Source of the DNA: Methylococcaceae bacterium TMED69
GTDB lineage: Bacteria > Pseudomonadota > Gammaproteobacteria > Ga0077536
DNA: 64,000 nt
NCBI GenBank assembly: GCA_002170535.1
Contig: NHDW01000004.1
Coordinates: 186,190 to 250,189, forward strand
Direction: 5' to 3'
Shown: piece after piece, positions 21,036-30,866 of the stretch
Layout of the letters: each line of letters starts with the position of its first letter
Position numbering within the stretch: the first letter of the stretch is position 1
Translations under genes and position numbers: made by a program
Notes under the pieces: generated by a model
Database searches by the model: none
The model's input: only the letters and a program-made list of their open reading frames with translations
Told to the model about the DNA's origin: nothing

Positions 21036-21895
21036 TGAAATCGGTCTGGTCGGCGCCAGCAAAAATTAACCATTTTATCCATGTATTGGGGAAAAGGAAT
21101 GATGGTTATCATAACATACAGACAATTTTTCAATTTATATCTCTGGCTGATAAACTTGAATTAGCAACTAGAAAAGACGGTCAAATAGTTGGTTCTTATG
21201 GCTTGCAAGGTTTAAATTTTAAAGATGATCTGATTAATAAGGCTGCACTTTTACTAAAAGAAAAATCAGGAACTGAAATGGGGGTTAATATAGTTTTAGA
21301 CAAGAGAATTCCAATGGGGGGTGGATTAGGTGGCGGTAGTTCAAACGCAGCTACGATGCTAGTTGCACTGAACGTATTGTGGAAATTAAATTATTCCACA
21401 TCAGAGTTGATGGGCTTAGCGGCTCATTTAGGTTCAGATGTGCCAATTTTTGTATTTGGACAGTCTGCGTGGGCAGAGGGGCGCGGAGAAATTCTTGAAC
21501 CTATTACTTTATCTGAAAAAGTAGTCTTACTGTTATTTCCAAACGTAAAAGTATCTACTAAAAAAGTGTTCGCGGCCCAATCTTTACCAAGAAGCACACC
21601 TCCTTTAGTGAAATCAGAGCTTAAGACTGCAAATTTACAAAATGACTTTCTGGATGTAACCAACAAATTATATCCTGAAGTAGAAAGAGCTCTGATATGG
21701 CTTTCGGAGCATTGTGAAAAAGCTCAAATGAGCGGTACAGGCTCAACTCTTTTTGCGATGTTCGATTCTGTAGAGGAGGCTGAAAAAATTAAGGAAATAG
21801 TCCCAAGTATTTGGGGAGCGACTATCACACAATGTTTAAACAGATCGCCCCTACTTAATAGTCTGAAAGCATATCAAAGTATGGCATCTTGGTAG
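21032..21895 (+). CDS. ispE: 4-diphosphocytidyl-2-C-methyl-D-erythritol kinase
   Basis: APAKIN, KRIPMGGGLGGGSSNAA, LGSDVP and MSGTGS. Confidence 0.96.
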   Translation: MMKSVWSAPAKINHFIHVLGKRNDGYHNIQTIFQFISLADKLELATRKDGQIVGSYGLQGLNFKDDLINKAALLLKEKSGTEMGVNIVLDKRIPMGGGLGGGSSNAATMLVALNVLWKLNYSTSELMGLAAHLGSDVPIFVFGQSAWAEGRGEILEPITLSEKVVLLLFPNVKVSTKKVFAAQSLPRSTPPLVKSELKTANLQNDFLDVTNKLYPEVERALIWLSEHCEKAQMSGTGSTLFAMFDSVEEAEKIKEIVPSIWGATITQCLNRSPLLNSLKAYQSMASW

Positions 21896-21910
21896 TATAA
21901 TAAAATGTAA

Positions 21911-21982
21911 TGGGGTGTAGCCAAGCGGTAAGGCACGGGGTTTTGATCCCCGCATTCCCAGGTTCGAATCCTGGCACCCCAG
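21911..21982 (+). tRNA. tRNA-Gln (anticodon TTG); CCA not encoded
   Basis: Acceptor stem TGGGGTG/CACCCCA, anticodon arm CGGGG-TTTTGAT-CCCCG and T arm CCAGG-TTCGAAT-CCTGG; usual ispE-tRNA-Gln-prs position. Confidence 0.97.
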
Positions 21983-22010
21983 CACAATTGTAGATATTAA
22001 GGGATTTTAA

Positions 22011-22973
22011 TTGAACGTGCACTCTAGTGATTCTCAAATGATTTTTAGTGGTAATGCCAATGAACAGCTTGCCCTTGCGGTGGCCAATCACTTGGGGATT
22101 CCACTAGGAAAGCGGACCGCTGAACGTTTTAGTGATGGTGAAATAATGGTTGAAATTCTTGAAAACGTTAGAAGTCGAGACGTTTTTGTTTTGCAACCCA
22201 CCTGTGCTCCGGCCAATGAAAACTTTATGGAGTTGCTTATTTTAGTTGATGCGCTTAAGCGAGCTTCAGCACAAAGTATCACAGCGGTTATTCCTTATCT
22301 AGGTTATGCACGCCAAGATAGAAGGCCCCGGTCCAGCAGGGTTCCAATTACTGCAAAACTAGTTGCAAATATGATTTCTGGTGTTGGAGCGGATAGAGTT
22401 TTGACTTTGGACTTACATGCAGAGCAAATTCAAGGTTTCTTCGATATACCGATGGATAATGTTTACGCGTCGCCTGTGCTACTCGGAGATATATGGAAAC
22501 ATAAATACGAGGACTTAGTTGTAGTTTCGCCAGACGTAGGGGGTGTCGTTCGTGCCAGAGCAATTGCTAAAAGACTGGATGAATCAGATTTGGCGATTAT
22601 TGATAAACGACGTCCAAAAGCCAATGAAGCAGAGGTTGTAAATATAATCGGCAGCGTGCGAAATCGAACTTGCGTGATGGTAGATGATATCGTTGATACT
22701 GCAGGAACCTTGTGCGCCGCATCAAAAGCACTTAAAGAAAGGGGTGCGCTGAGAGTGGTAGCATACTGCACTCATGCGGTTTTGTCCGGAAAGGCGCTGG
22801 ACAATATTGGAAACTCAGAACTTGACGAGCTAGTTGTTACAGATACAGTGCCTCTTTCAAATGAAGCAAAAAAATTATCCAAAATTCGTTGTGTTTCTGT
22901 TGCTGGCTTAATTGGAGAAAGTATTAACCGAATTTATCTTGGGCAGTCTCTAAGTTCTATGTTCGTCGATTAA
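22011..22973 (+). CDS. prs: Ribose-phosphate pyrophosphokinase
   Basis: [26 protein letters not shown] and DDIVDTAGT. Start is TTG 22011 or a later ATG. Confidence 0.97.
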   Translation: MNVHSSDSQMIFSGNANEQLALAVANHLGIPLGKRTAERFSDGEIMVEILENVRSRDVFVLQPTCAPANENFMELLILVDALKRASAQSITAVIPYLGYARQDRRPRSSRVPITAKLVANMISGVGADRVLTLDLHAEQIQGFFDIPMDNVYASPVLLGDIWKHKYEDLVVVSPDVGGVVRARAIAKRLDESDLAIIDKRRPKANEAEVVNIIGSVRNRTCVMVDDIVDTAGTLCAASKALKERGALRVVAYCTHAVLSGKALDNIGNSELDELVVTDTVPLSNEAKKLSKIRCVSVAGLIGESINRIYLGQSLSSMFVD

Positions 22974-23049
22974 CTTTGTACATAAAACTATATTTATGAA
23001 ATAATGCATCGTTCAAAATAGATGTTTTTAAGAACTAGGAATATTAAAA

Positions 23050-23712
23050 ATGGAAAATTTGAGAATTAAAGCGGAAAATCGAATTGAAATAGGTAAAGGT
23101 CCAAGCAGAAGGTTGAGAAGAAGTGGGTATTTTCCCGGCATCGTTTATGGTAATGGGGAGCCTCAGAAAATAAAAATAAACCATAATAACATGCTCAGAT
23201 CTTTACAAGACCCTAAATTCTACTCAAATATTCTTACTTTGGAAATAGAATCTATTGAGGAAAAAGTCTTCCTTAAATCACTTTCTAGACATCCTGCGAA
23301 GAAACAAATCCTTCATGCTGATTTTCAGAGAGTCAACGAGGATGCAGAAATTTCTATAAAAGTGCCAATAAAATTGATTAATGAGGATAAATGTATAGGT
23401 GTACGTATGGGGGGTGGGGTTGTCTCAAGGTTGCTTAATGAAGTTGAAATATTATGTTTACCTAAAAATCTTCCGGTATCAATCGATATTGACATTGAAA
23501 GTATTGAAGCTGGACAATCTGTTCCTATCGGAGAATTAAATTTGCCAGAGGGAGTTCGTATTGCAGCTCTAGCTAAAGGAGGCGATCCATCAATAAGTGT
23601 CGTAAGAGTCTCAATGCCGAAGGGCACGATGGAAGATGAAGATACAGAGATTACTAGCGCAGATGATTCTGTAGAGGATAGTCAGGAAGGTGATAACTCC
23701 GAAAGCGGATAA
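23050..23712 (+). CDS. rplY: 50S ribosomal protein L25/Ctc (long form)
   Basis: SRRLRR..PGIVYG, HADFQRV, a Ctc-type C-terminal domain and an acidic tail. Confidence 0.95.
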   Translation: MENLRIKAENRIEIGKGPSRRLRRSGYFPGIVYGNGEPQKIKINHNNMLRSLQDPKFYSNILTLEIESIEEKVFLKSLSRHPAKKQILHADFQRVNEDAEISIKVPIKLINEDKCIGVRMGGGVVSRLLNEVEILCLPKNLPVSIDIDIESIEAGQSVPIGELNLPEGVRIAALAKGGDPSISVVRVSMPKGTMEDEDTEITSADDSVEDSQEGDNSESG

Positions 23713-23736
23713 TGTGCATAAATCTGAAAATTAATC

Positions 23737-24300
23737 ATGAAATCTCTCGTGATTGGTTTGGGAAATAAGGGGCCTAATTATAAAAATCATCGACATAACG
23801 TGGGTTCCGAAATTGTCTCTAAAATCTGTGAAATAAAAGATATAAAATTAATCGAAAGCGCAAAGTTTAAGGCAAGGATTGGACTAGATTCTAATGAAGT
23901 GTATTTTCTAGTTCCAAACACTTATATGAATTTGAGTGGGCAGCCAGTTGCTCTTTTCCTCAAAAATAAGAACTTCGACTTCGCTAATGTCTTCGTTATA
24001 CATGATGACTTGGATCTAAGTGTTGGTAATGTGCGCTTAAAAAAGGGTGGTGGCACCGGTGGTCATAACGGGCTACGGAGTCTGATTAAATTTTTGTCTA
24101 CTGATACTTTTAATAGAATAAGGATTGGTATAGGAAGACCGAAAGTATCTGAAGATGTTAGTAATTATGTTTTATCATCACCGTCTAGGTCAGAAAAGCT
24201 CCTGATTGATAAAACTATTGAGACGGTTGTGGAATCGATCGACATGATTACAAGTCAGGATGTACAGTTGAGCATGAATTTATTAAATAAAAGAAAATAA
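23737..24300 (+). CDS. pth: Peptidyl-tRNA hydrolase
   Basis: GLGN, RHNVG, TYMNLSG, HDDLDL and GGHNGLRS. Confidence 0.96.
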   Translation: MKSLVIGLGNKGPNYKNHRHNVGSEIVSKICEIKDIKLIESAKFKARIGLDSNEVYFLVPNTYMNLSGQPVALFLKNKNFDFANVFVIHDDLDLSVGNVRLKKGGGTGGHNGLRSLIKFLSTDTFNRIRIGIGRPKVSEDVSNYVLSSPSRSEKLLIDKTIETVVESIDMITSQDVQLSMNLLNKRK

Positions 24301-24302
24301 TT

Positions 24303-25394
24303 ATGAGTTTAAAGTGTGGGATCATTGGACTCCCAAATATTGGGAAATCTTCTCTTTTTAATGCTCTCACTAAAAGTGCTATTCCTGCTGAAAATTACCC
24401 CTTCTGTACCATAGAGCCAAATAGCGGCTTGGTTCAAGTGCCTGATAGACGCCTCGACGAGCTTGACAATATGATTAACCCAAAGGTCAAAGTTGAGGCG
24501 ATTATGGAGTTTACAGATATTGCAGGTTTGGTTAAAGGAGCATCGCAAGGTCAAGGTTTAGGTAATCAATTTCTCTCGCATATAAGGGAGACGGATGCTT
24601 TGATTCATGTTGTTAGAGCATTTGAGAATGACGACATAATTCATGTGTCGAAAAAAGTAAGTCCTCGCGATGATATATTGGTAGTTGAGACAGAATTGGC
24701 ATTGGCAGATCTTGAGCAGTGTGTCAGGTCGATAGAGAAAATTAAAAAAAAATCAAAAGGTTCGCCAAAAGAGTCGGCTACTAAACTATCAATACTTGAT
24801 GAATTATGCGGTTATCTGTCAGATGGTAAAATGCTTAGAGATGTCTCTTTGTCTGACGAGGCTAATAAAGTGGTTCAAGATTTGCAGTTTTTGACAGCAA
24901 AACCCACAATTTTTTTAGCTAATGTGGACGAGGGCTCTTTGAAGGGTAATTCTTTTTCTGATTCCGTCCAAGAGTTCGCAATTTCTAACCAGTCTAATTA
25001 TGTAATTTTATGTGCGGCTTTAGAGCTTGAACTAGCTGGACTTTCTGAAAACGAAAAAGGTCAATTTCTCGAGATGCTGGAGCTAAAGGAGACCGGATTA
25101 ACAAAACTAATTCGAAGCTCATTTGACTTGCTAAAATTACATTGTTTTTTTTCAGCAGGGGAAAAAGAAGTTAGAGCTTGGTCGATAAAGCATGGAGCGA
25201 CGGCTCATGAGGCCGCAAAAGTTATACATAGCGATATACAAAGAGGTTTTATTAAAGCTGACGTAATAGGCTATGACGACTATATTGAATACAGCGGTGA
25301 GCAGGGTGCAAGAGAAAACGGAAAGCTCAGAACAGAAGGAAAAGAGTATGTAGTTCAAGACGGGGATATTATTAACTTTAAATTTAACGTTTAA
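24303..25394 (+). CDS. ychF: Redox-regulated ATPase YchF
   Basis: GLPNIGKS, NYPFCTIEPN, DIAGLVKGAS and EGKEYVVQDGD. Confidence 0.96.
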   Translation: MSLKCGIIGLPNIGKSSLFNALTKSAIPAENYPFCTIEPNSGLVQVPDRRLDELDNMINPKVKVEAIMEFTDIAGLVKGASQGQGLGNQFLSHIRETDALIHVVRAFENDDIIHVSKKVSPRDDILVVETELALADLEQCVRSIEKIKKKSKGSPKESATKLSILDELCGYLSDGKMLRDVSLSDEANKVVQDLQFLTAKPTIFLANVDEGSLKGNSFSDSVQEFAISNQSNYVILCAALELELAGLSENEKGQFLEMLELKETGLTKLIRSSFDLLKLHCFFSAGEKEVRAWSIKHGATAHEAAKVIHSDIQRGFIKADVIGYDDYIEYSGEQGARENGKLRTEGKEYVVQDGDIINFKFNV

Positions 25395-25401
25395 TTTTAA
25401 G

Positions 25402-25577
25402 GATCCATGTTGCCGTGCTATACATTTACCTCGAACCGAAAGTTCAAGATTGGAACGTCCCCGACTGAATCAGGCTTTCTCAAACTCTGGAGAATGCTCA
25501 ACATCAGTACGACTTCTGCTCCTATTTTTTTTTAAGCATAGGCTCAGAGACTAATGAAAGCACATGCAACACAGAAA
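25402..25577 (-). ncRNA. ssrS: 6S RNA
   Basis: Downstream of zapA. The minus strand carries the 6S blocks CTGAGCC, GAGCAT, GAAAGCCT and CTTGAAC-TTTC-GGTTCGAGG, and the ends TCTGTGTTGC / GCAACATGGA pair. Ends approximate. Confidence 0.9.
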
Positions 25578-25586
25578 CTAATAGCG

Positions 25587-25615
25587 ATAATAAAATGGAA
25601 TTAGCTTTATTACAA
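25587..25615 (-). promoter_or_regulatory. Putative sigma70 promoter of ssrS
   Basis: TTGTAA-17 nt-TATTAT, about 10 nt upstream of the predicted 6S 5' end. Confidence 0.6.
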
Positions 25616-25631
25616 AGTTTTATTTATCGAC

Positions 25632-25946
25632 TTATTTTCCTTTAGATGAAATAGCTAGAATATCGCCAATTTTCTTTTGTATTCTATTTATTCCCTCACC
25701 AACGCCGGATTTTATTGATTCATTATGTTTTAAAAGTTTTAAGTAATCACTCGTAATATTTAATGCGGTTATGACGGCGGTCTTTTCATTTCCTATGACT
25801 TTGCCTATCATTCTTTGTTCTTCGAGCTTTTTATTTAAATAATCTGCGGAAAGTGCAAGGTCCTCCCTTTCTTCAATAGTGCAGCCAATTAAATACTCTT
25901 TTCCAAGAATTGAGAGCGAGACTGCTGTTTTTGAGTTTCTGTTCAT
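25632..25946 (-). CDS. zapA: Cell division protein ZapA
   Basis: ILGKEYLIGC..EE..L..SADYL and AVITALNI; upstream of 6S RNA. Confidence 0.9.
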   Translation of the reverse strand: MNRNSKTAVSLSILGKEYLIGCTIEEREDLALSADYLNKKLEEQRMIGKVIGNEKTAVITALNITSDYLKLLKHNESIKSGVGEGINRIQKKIGDILAISSKGK

Positions 25947-26164
25947 TTGGTCTCCATTGTTTTCAATCTAAGAATCATTGCTTCGACTCTTTTTTTTGCC
26001 TGATCGGTTTTCTCCAAGAGACTGAATCTTTCGTTTGTTAGGGACTCTTTTTGTCCCCGCAATTGGACGTTTTCCTCGGATAATGCTGTTACTTTCGTAA
26101 TAAGGTCGTCGATTTTATCCTCTAAACGAGAAAGATCGAGCGTAGTTTTGTCTTCTTTATCCAT
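25943..26164 (-). CDS. Small coiled-coil protein (ZapB-like / TIGR02449-like)
   Basis: LEDKIDDLI..L.EEN..LR and RVEAMILRLK; overlaps the zapA start. Confidence 0.8.
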   Translation of the reverse strand: MDKEDKTTLDLSRLEDKIDDLITKVTALSEENVQLRGQKESLTNERFSLLEKTDQAKKRVEAMILRLKTMETK

Positions 26165-26310
26165 AATTTATCAGTTGGTTTTGGGTTTAATTTGTTATCC
26201 TATTAATTTAAACTTTTTCTTTATGTAAGATGGCATTTATCTTACTTTAATGCAATTAGATAAAAGATCAATATTGAATTTACAACGTTATAATAAGTTG
26301 GAGATATATT

Positions 26311-27615
26311 TTGGAATTAGGAGAATTTAGACGAAGGAGAGAGGAATTGATAAGTAGGATGGCGCCAGAGTCAGTGGCAATTATTCCTACTTCTCCCGAA
26401 AAGATAAGAAATAAAGATGTGTTCTATCCCTTTAGGCCCGATAGTGATTTTTTTTACTTGACTGGTTTTAATGAGCCCCACTGCTTAGCGATAGTCATCC
26501 CTGACAGACCACAAGGAGAGTTCATTATATTTTGCCGCGAGCGTAATAAAGATGCCGAGATTTGGCATGGCAGAAGACTGGGTCTTGAGGGAGCCAGGGA
26601 AGGTTTAGGTGCAAATCATGTGTTTCCAATTGAAGACTTAGAAGACATTCTTCCTGGGCTAATAGAGAACAAAAAGCAGATATATACCCCAATGGGAAGA
26701 TATCAGGAATTCGATAATATGCTGATGAAATTAGTAAGACAAATTGATTCCCAAAATCGATCGGGGGTGCATGCTCCAGATCGATTTTTAGCTTTATCCA
26801 CCATATTAGATGAAATGAGATTATTTAAGAATGAGGTAGAGCTTAAATCAATTAAAAAAGCTATTGATATAACAACAGAAGCACACATAGCGGCAATGAA
26901 AAAGGCATACGCAGGTGTCTTTGAGTTTGAGCTTGAGGCTGAAATTATGGCAGTTTTTATGAGACATGGGGCAAGATCTCCAGCATATCCTTCAATTGTG
27001 GGAGGGGGAGAAAATGCTTGCATTCTACACTATACAGACAATAAAGACAGGGTTGCGGATGGTGAATTAGTCTTGATTGATGCGGGAGCTGAATATGGAT
27101 GTTATGCTGCTGATATCACTCGAACCTTTCCAGTTAATGGTAGTTTTACGGCAGAGCAAAAAGCTTTATACGAAATTGTTTTATTAGCGCAACAAGCAGC
27201 TATTGAAAAAGTGAAGCATTATAATAATTGGGATGAGCCTCATTCGGCAGCTCTATTAGTAATTGTAGAAGGTTTAAAAGATTTAGAAATATTATCTGGT
27301 TCCACAGAGGAAATTATAGAGACCGAAATTTATAAGAAATTTTTTATGCATAAAACTGGACATTGGCTCGGACTTGATGTCCATGACGTTGGTGATTATA
27401 AAATTGATAATCAATGGAGAATATTCGAGCCTGGTATGGTCACCACTGTTGAGCCTGGGATATATATTTCTCAAAGCGAGGTTAATATTGATCCCCGATG
27501 GTCAGGCATCGGTATAAGAATCGAAGATGATATACTCGTGACTAAAGAAGGTAATTTAAATTTAAGTAAAAAAGTTCCCAAAACTATCTCTCAAATTGAA
27601 GAAATAATGAGTTAG
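26311..27615 (+). CDS. pepP: Xaa-Pro aminopeptidase
   Basis: FRPDSDFFYLTG, LIDAGAE, DITRT, GHWLGLDVHD, TVEPGIY and IRIEDD. Confidence 0.95.
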   Translation: MELGEFRRRREELISRMAPESVAIIPTSPEKIRNKDVFYPFRPDSDFFYLTGFNEPHCLAIVIPDRPQGEFIIFCRERNKDAEIWHGRRLGLEGAREGLGANHVFPIEDLEDILPGLIENKKQIYTPMGRYQEFDNMLMKLVRQIDSQNRSGVHAPDRFLALSTILDEMRLFKNEVELKSIKKAIDITTEAHIAAMKKAYAGVFEFELEAEIMAVFMRHGARSPAYPSIVGGGENACILHYTDNKDRVADGELVLIDAGAEYGCYAADITRTFPVNGSFTAEQKALYEIVLLAQQAAIEKVKHYNNWDEPHSAALLVIVEGLKDLEILSGSTEEIIETEIYKKFFMHKTGHWLGLDVHDVGDYKIDNQWRIFEPGMVTTVEPGIYISQSEVNIDPRWSGIGIRIEDDILVTKEGNLNLSKKVPKTISQIEEIMS

Positions 27616-27617
27616 TT

Positions 27618-28790
27618 ATGTCTTCTATTAAAAAAATTGCAGTTATTGGTGGGGGAATTTCTGGCTTGCTATGCTGTTACGCTTTGGCTGTAAAAGGTTT
27701 CGAAATCATTTTAGTTGATAATGAAGATTTTAGAGATATTCCAACTAACGATCAAAGAGCCATAGTTTTATCTGAAGCATCAAAAATTATTCTTCAAAGT
27801 ATTGGGTTGTGGCAAAAGATTCAACCTTTCAGCATACCTATAAAAGAAGTATGGGTTTCCGAAAAAAAGGTATTTGGCAGAATTAAATTTAACGCGAATG
27901 AGTTAGGACTGGGAGCATTGGGCTGGTCGATTTGCGCTCAGGATCTTTTCATGATTATCTCTAAAGCCGTGCTTGAGAAACCTAATGTTGTTCTTAAAAT
28001 GAAAAGATTGTTTGAAGATTTTCGAACCAGTGAAAATATCCTTAGTTTAGAGCTTGTTGACGGTTCAACTGAGCAAGTAAAAAACGTAGATTTTATTGTT
28101 GGGGCTGACGGGTTTGACTCTAAAGTTCGAAGAAAAATGAGGCTGCACGTAACGCGAAAAGATTATAATCAAGATGCCGTAGTTGGAAATGTTGTTACTA
28201 CTGTGAAAAACACCGGCGTGGCTATTCAAAAAATATTCCAACATGGCAGTTTAGCTCTCATACCTTCGGGAGACTATCATTACACTTTTATTTTTATTGT
28301 AAAAAAAGGTTTTTTCAAAAATTATTATAAAAATAAGAAAGCTCTTTTGGATTTAATTATTGAACTATGCGGTTTTCCGTTTGGCCGTTACTGCTCTTTA
28401 GAAGTATGTCATGACTATTCACTGTTTGGCTCGAAAGTCTTTTATCGGCATTTGAAAAAATTTGCCTTAGTTGGGAATTCAAGAGGCACCATTCATCCTT
28501 CTACAGCGCAAGGGCTTAATTTGGGTATTCGTGATATTGACGAGTTAATATCATTGCTTAATAGTGATGAAAATTTTTACAATAAGTCAAAAGTTTCAAA
28601 GTCAAAACAGTTTCTATCTAGCCGTAAATCTACTGAAATTTTTGCTGATTTGGTGGCTTTGTTTTATGGAGAAAGGTATCTAACAACTAATTTTATAAGG
28701 AGAGTAACTATTGCAGCGGTAGCAACAAGCAGAAAGTTACGAAAACAATTTGGTCGCATAGGTACCGGCATCGATTATATAGCACGATGA
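27618..28790 (+). CDS. ubiH: UbiH-like FAD-dependent hydroxylase
   Basis: GGGISG, GADG and HP..AQGLNLGIRD; follows pepP. Confidence 0.72.
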   Translation: MSSIKKIAVIGGGISGLLCCYALAVKGFEIILVDNEDFRDIPTNDQRAIVLSEASKIILQSIGLWQKIQPFSIPIKEVWVSEKKVFGRIKFNANELGLGALGWSICAQDLFMIISKAVLEKPNVVLKMKRLFEDFRTSENILSLELVDGSTEQVKNVDFIVGADGFDSKVRRKMRLHVTRKDYNQDAVVGNVVTTVKNTGVAIQKIFQHGSLALIPSGDYHYTFIFIVKKGFFKNYYKNKKALLDLIIELCGFPFGRYCSLEVCHDYSLFGSKVFYRHLKKFALVGNSRGTIHPSTAQGLNLGIRDIDELISLLNSDENFYNKSKVSKSKQFLSSRKSTEIFADLVALFYGERYLTTNFIRRVTIAAVATSRKLRKQFGRIGTGIDYIAR

Positions 28791-29932
28791 CTAATTTAAA
28801 TGTACGTACAGACATATTAATTCTTGGGGCAGGAGTCAACGCTATGGTCTGCGTAGCCTTTTGTCAACATTACAATTTATCGTATAAAGTTTTAGCACTT
28901 AGTGCTGGACTACATTCAAGGAATCGACATTTTACGATAACGCCGACGACGGAAAAAATATTCAAAAAATTAAAGTTATGGAATGAGAAGGATGAACAAC
29001 AGCATGGGTATTTTAAATCAATACAAATATTGGCCGAGGACGGAACAGTAGATTTAGATTTCAATAACTCAATCAATCTGGGCAGGCCGATGGCATGGGT
29101 AGTAGACGAAAAATTTTTGAATAATAAATTAGACAAATTATTGGAAAAAGAAGATCACTATTTAAATACAATAAATATATTAAAAAACGATCATGAAGGC
29201 GTTAAGGTAGAAGATGATACCAATACAATCTACGAAGCTAATTTTATGCTAATTACAGAAAATTTAAAAATTGACAATCAAGCGATTTTAGGAAAGCAAC
29301 AAAGAGTTAGAAATTATGGCCAATTTGCGCTTGTTGGCGATTTAATTTCTGAGAAATGCCATAGTAATGTAGCAATACAATGGTTTATAAAAGAAGGTAT
29401 TTTGGCTTTATTACCCAAAAAAAAACCACATGCTTACTCAGTGATATATTCTTGCAATAAAGATTTTGATGTTTTGAATCTTACTCCAGGAGTGGATTTG
29501 CTCCCGAAAAGTTTGATGAATAAGCAAATTGGCCAGATCGAATCCTTTAATAATCTTTCTTCTTATAAGCTTATTGAAAAATGGAGACCTTCAATTTGTC
29601 ATAATAGTATAGTTTGGTTGGGGAGTGCGGCTTATTCGTTTCATCCGTTGGCGGGCCAAGGTTTAAATTTTGCCATAAAAAATATTGATAGATTCTTTGA
29701 GCACTTTAGCAACCAAAAAAATTATAAAGATTCCTTTGCTAAACAGGTATTTCTAAAAAGCCTCAATAAATCGGTGACAAATGACGCAAAAAGATTGATA
29801 GGCCTCATTAATTTAATAAAAAATTACTTCGGTATAAGCGATAAGGGTTGTAAAATTTCGCATAAATTTTTTCTTAAGTTAATCAACAAGTCTTCATTTT
29901 TAAAAAAATCTGCAATAAAAGCGGCTTCCTAA
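28787..29932 (+). CDS. UbiI/VisC-like FAD-dependent hydroxylase, strongly diverged
   Basis: HPLAGQGLN and A.QWF...GILALLP; follows ubiH. The FAD motifs are degenerate. Confidence 0.65.
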   Translation: MTNLNVRTDILILGAGVNAMVCVAFCQHYNLSYKVLALSAGLHSRNRHFTITPTTEKIFKKLKLWNEKDEQQHGYFKSIQILAEDGTVDLDFNNSINLGRPMAWVVDEKFLNNKLDKLLEKEDHYLNTINILKNDHEGVKVEDDTNTIYEANFMLITENLKIDNQAILGKQQRVRNYGQFALVGDLISEKCHSNVAIQWFIKEGILALLPKKKPHAYSVIYSCNKDFDVLNLTPGVDLLPKSLMNKQIGQIESFNNLSSYKLIEKWRPSICHNSIVWLGSAAYSFHPLAGQGLNFAIKNIDRFFEHFSNQKNYKDSFAKQVFLKSLNKSVTNDAKRLIGLINLIKNYFGISDKGCKISHKFFLKLINKSSFLKKSAIKAAS

Positions 29933-29945
29933 GAATTAAAAAATA

Positions 29946-30866
29946 ATGACCACTGTTAAAAAAAATAGCATAGACATTGTAAATGGGTGCATATATTCAA
30001 CCAACTTAATTGATTTTCAATTTATTAAAAGGGGCAAAGTGCGTGATATCTACGAGGTTGGAGATCGGCATCTTCTAATAGTCGCTACTGATAGGCTATC
30101 TGCTTTTGATATTGTTATGGCGCAGCCTATACCAAATAAAGGAAAAATCTTGACAACAATCTCTAATTTCTGGTTCGAAAAAACAAGCAAGATTATAAAG
30201 AATCATATTAGTGATATTAATATAAGAAGCTTGTTTTCTTCAGAAGAACTTTATAAAAAAATAAATGCTCAAATCTCAATAGTCGCAAAATTAGCACCGA
30301 TAAAGTTTGAGGCAGTCGTCAGAGGGTTTCTAGCCGGAACGGCTTGGTTAGATTATTTAAAGAACGATTCTGTATCTGGTGTAAAGTTAAGAAAAGGATT
30401 ACAAAAATTCGAGCGCCTTGATGAACCTATCTTTACCCCCTCGACTAAAGCAGCATTAGGCGATCACGATGAAAACATACCCTATGAAGATATGATTAAA
30501 TCCCTTGGTTATGAATTGGCAGAAGAAATAAAAAAAACTAGCATTATGCTTTATAAAGAAGCATTCGAATATTCTTTTTCAAAAGGGATTATACTAGCTG
30601 ATACCAAGTTTGAGTTTGGTTTGGATAGTCATGGGAACCTTATTTTGATTGATGAAGTTTTCACACCTGATTCCTCTCGATTTTGGGATAAATCGACTTA
30701 TCAAAAAGGAAGCGAACCCTTGAGTTTTGATAAACAATTTATAAGAGATTACCTCAATGCCAATTCTTGGAATCGAAAAGAAGAAATCTATTTTCCAGAG
30801 AAAATTATTAATCAAACTAGTGAAAGATATAAGTTAGCTCAGGAAAAATTAATAGGTAAAAGCTAA
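29946..30866 (+). CDS. purC: SAICAR synthetase
   Basis: RGKVRDIY, TDRLSAFD, ADTKFEFG, TPDSSRFW and DKQFIRD. Confidence 0.96.
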   Translation: MTTVKKNSIDIVNGCIYSTNLIDFQFIKRGKVRDIYEVGDRHLLIVATDRLSAFDIVMAQPIPNKGKILTTISNFWFEKTSKIIKNHISDINIRSLFSSEELYKKINAQISIVAKLAPIKFEAVVRGFLAGTAWLDYLKNDSVSGVKLRKGLQKFERLDEPIFTPSTKAALGDHDENIPYEDMIKSLGYELAEEIKKTSIMLYKEAFEYSFSKGIILADTKFEFGLDSHGNLILIDEVFTPDSSRFWDKSTYQKGSEPLSFDKQFIRDYLNANSWNRKEEIYFPEKIINQTSERYKLAQEKLIGKS

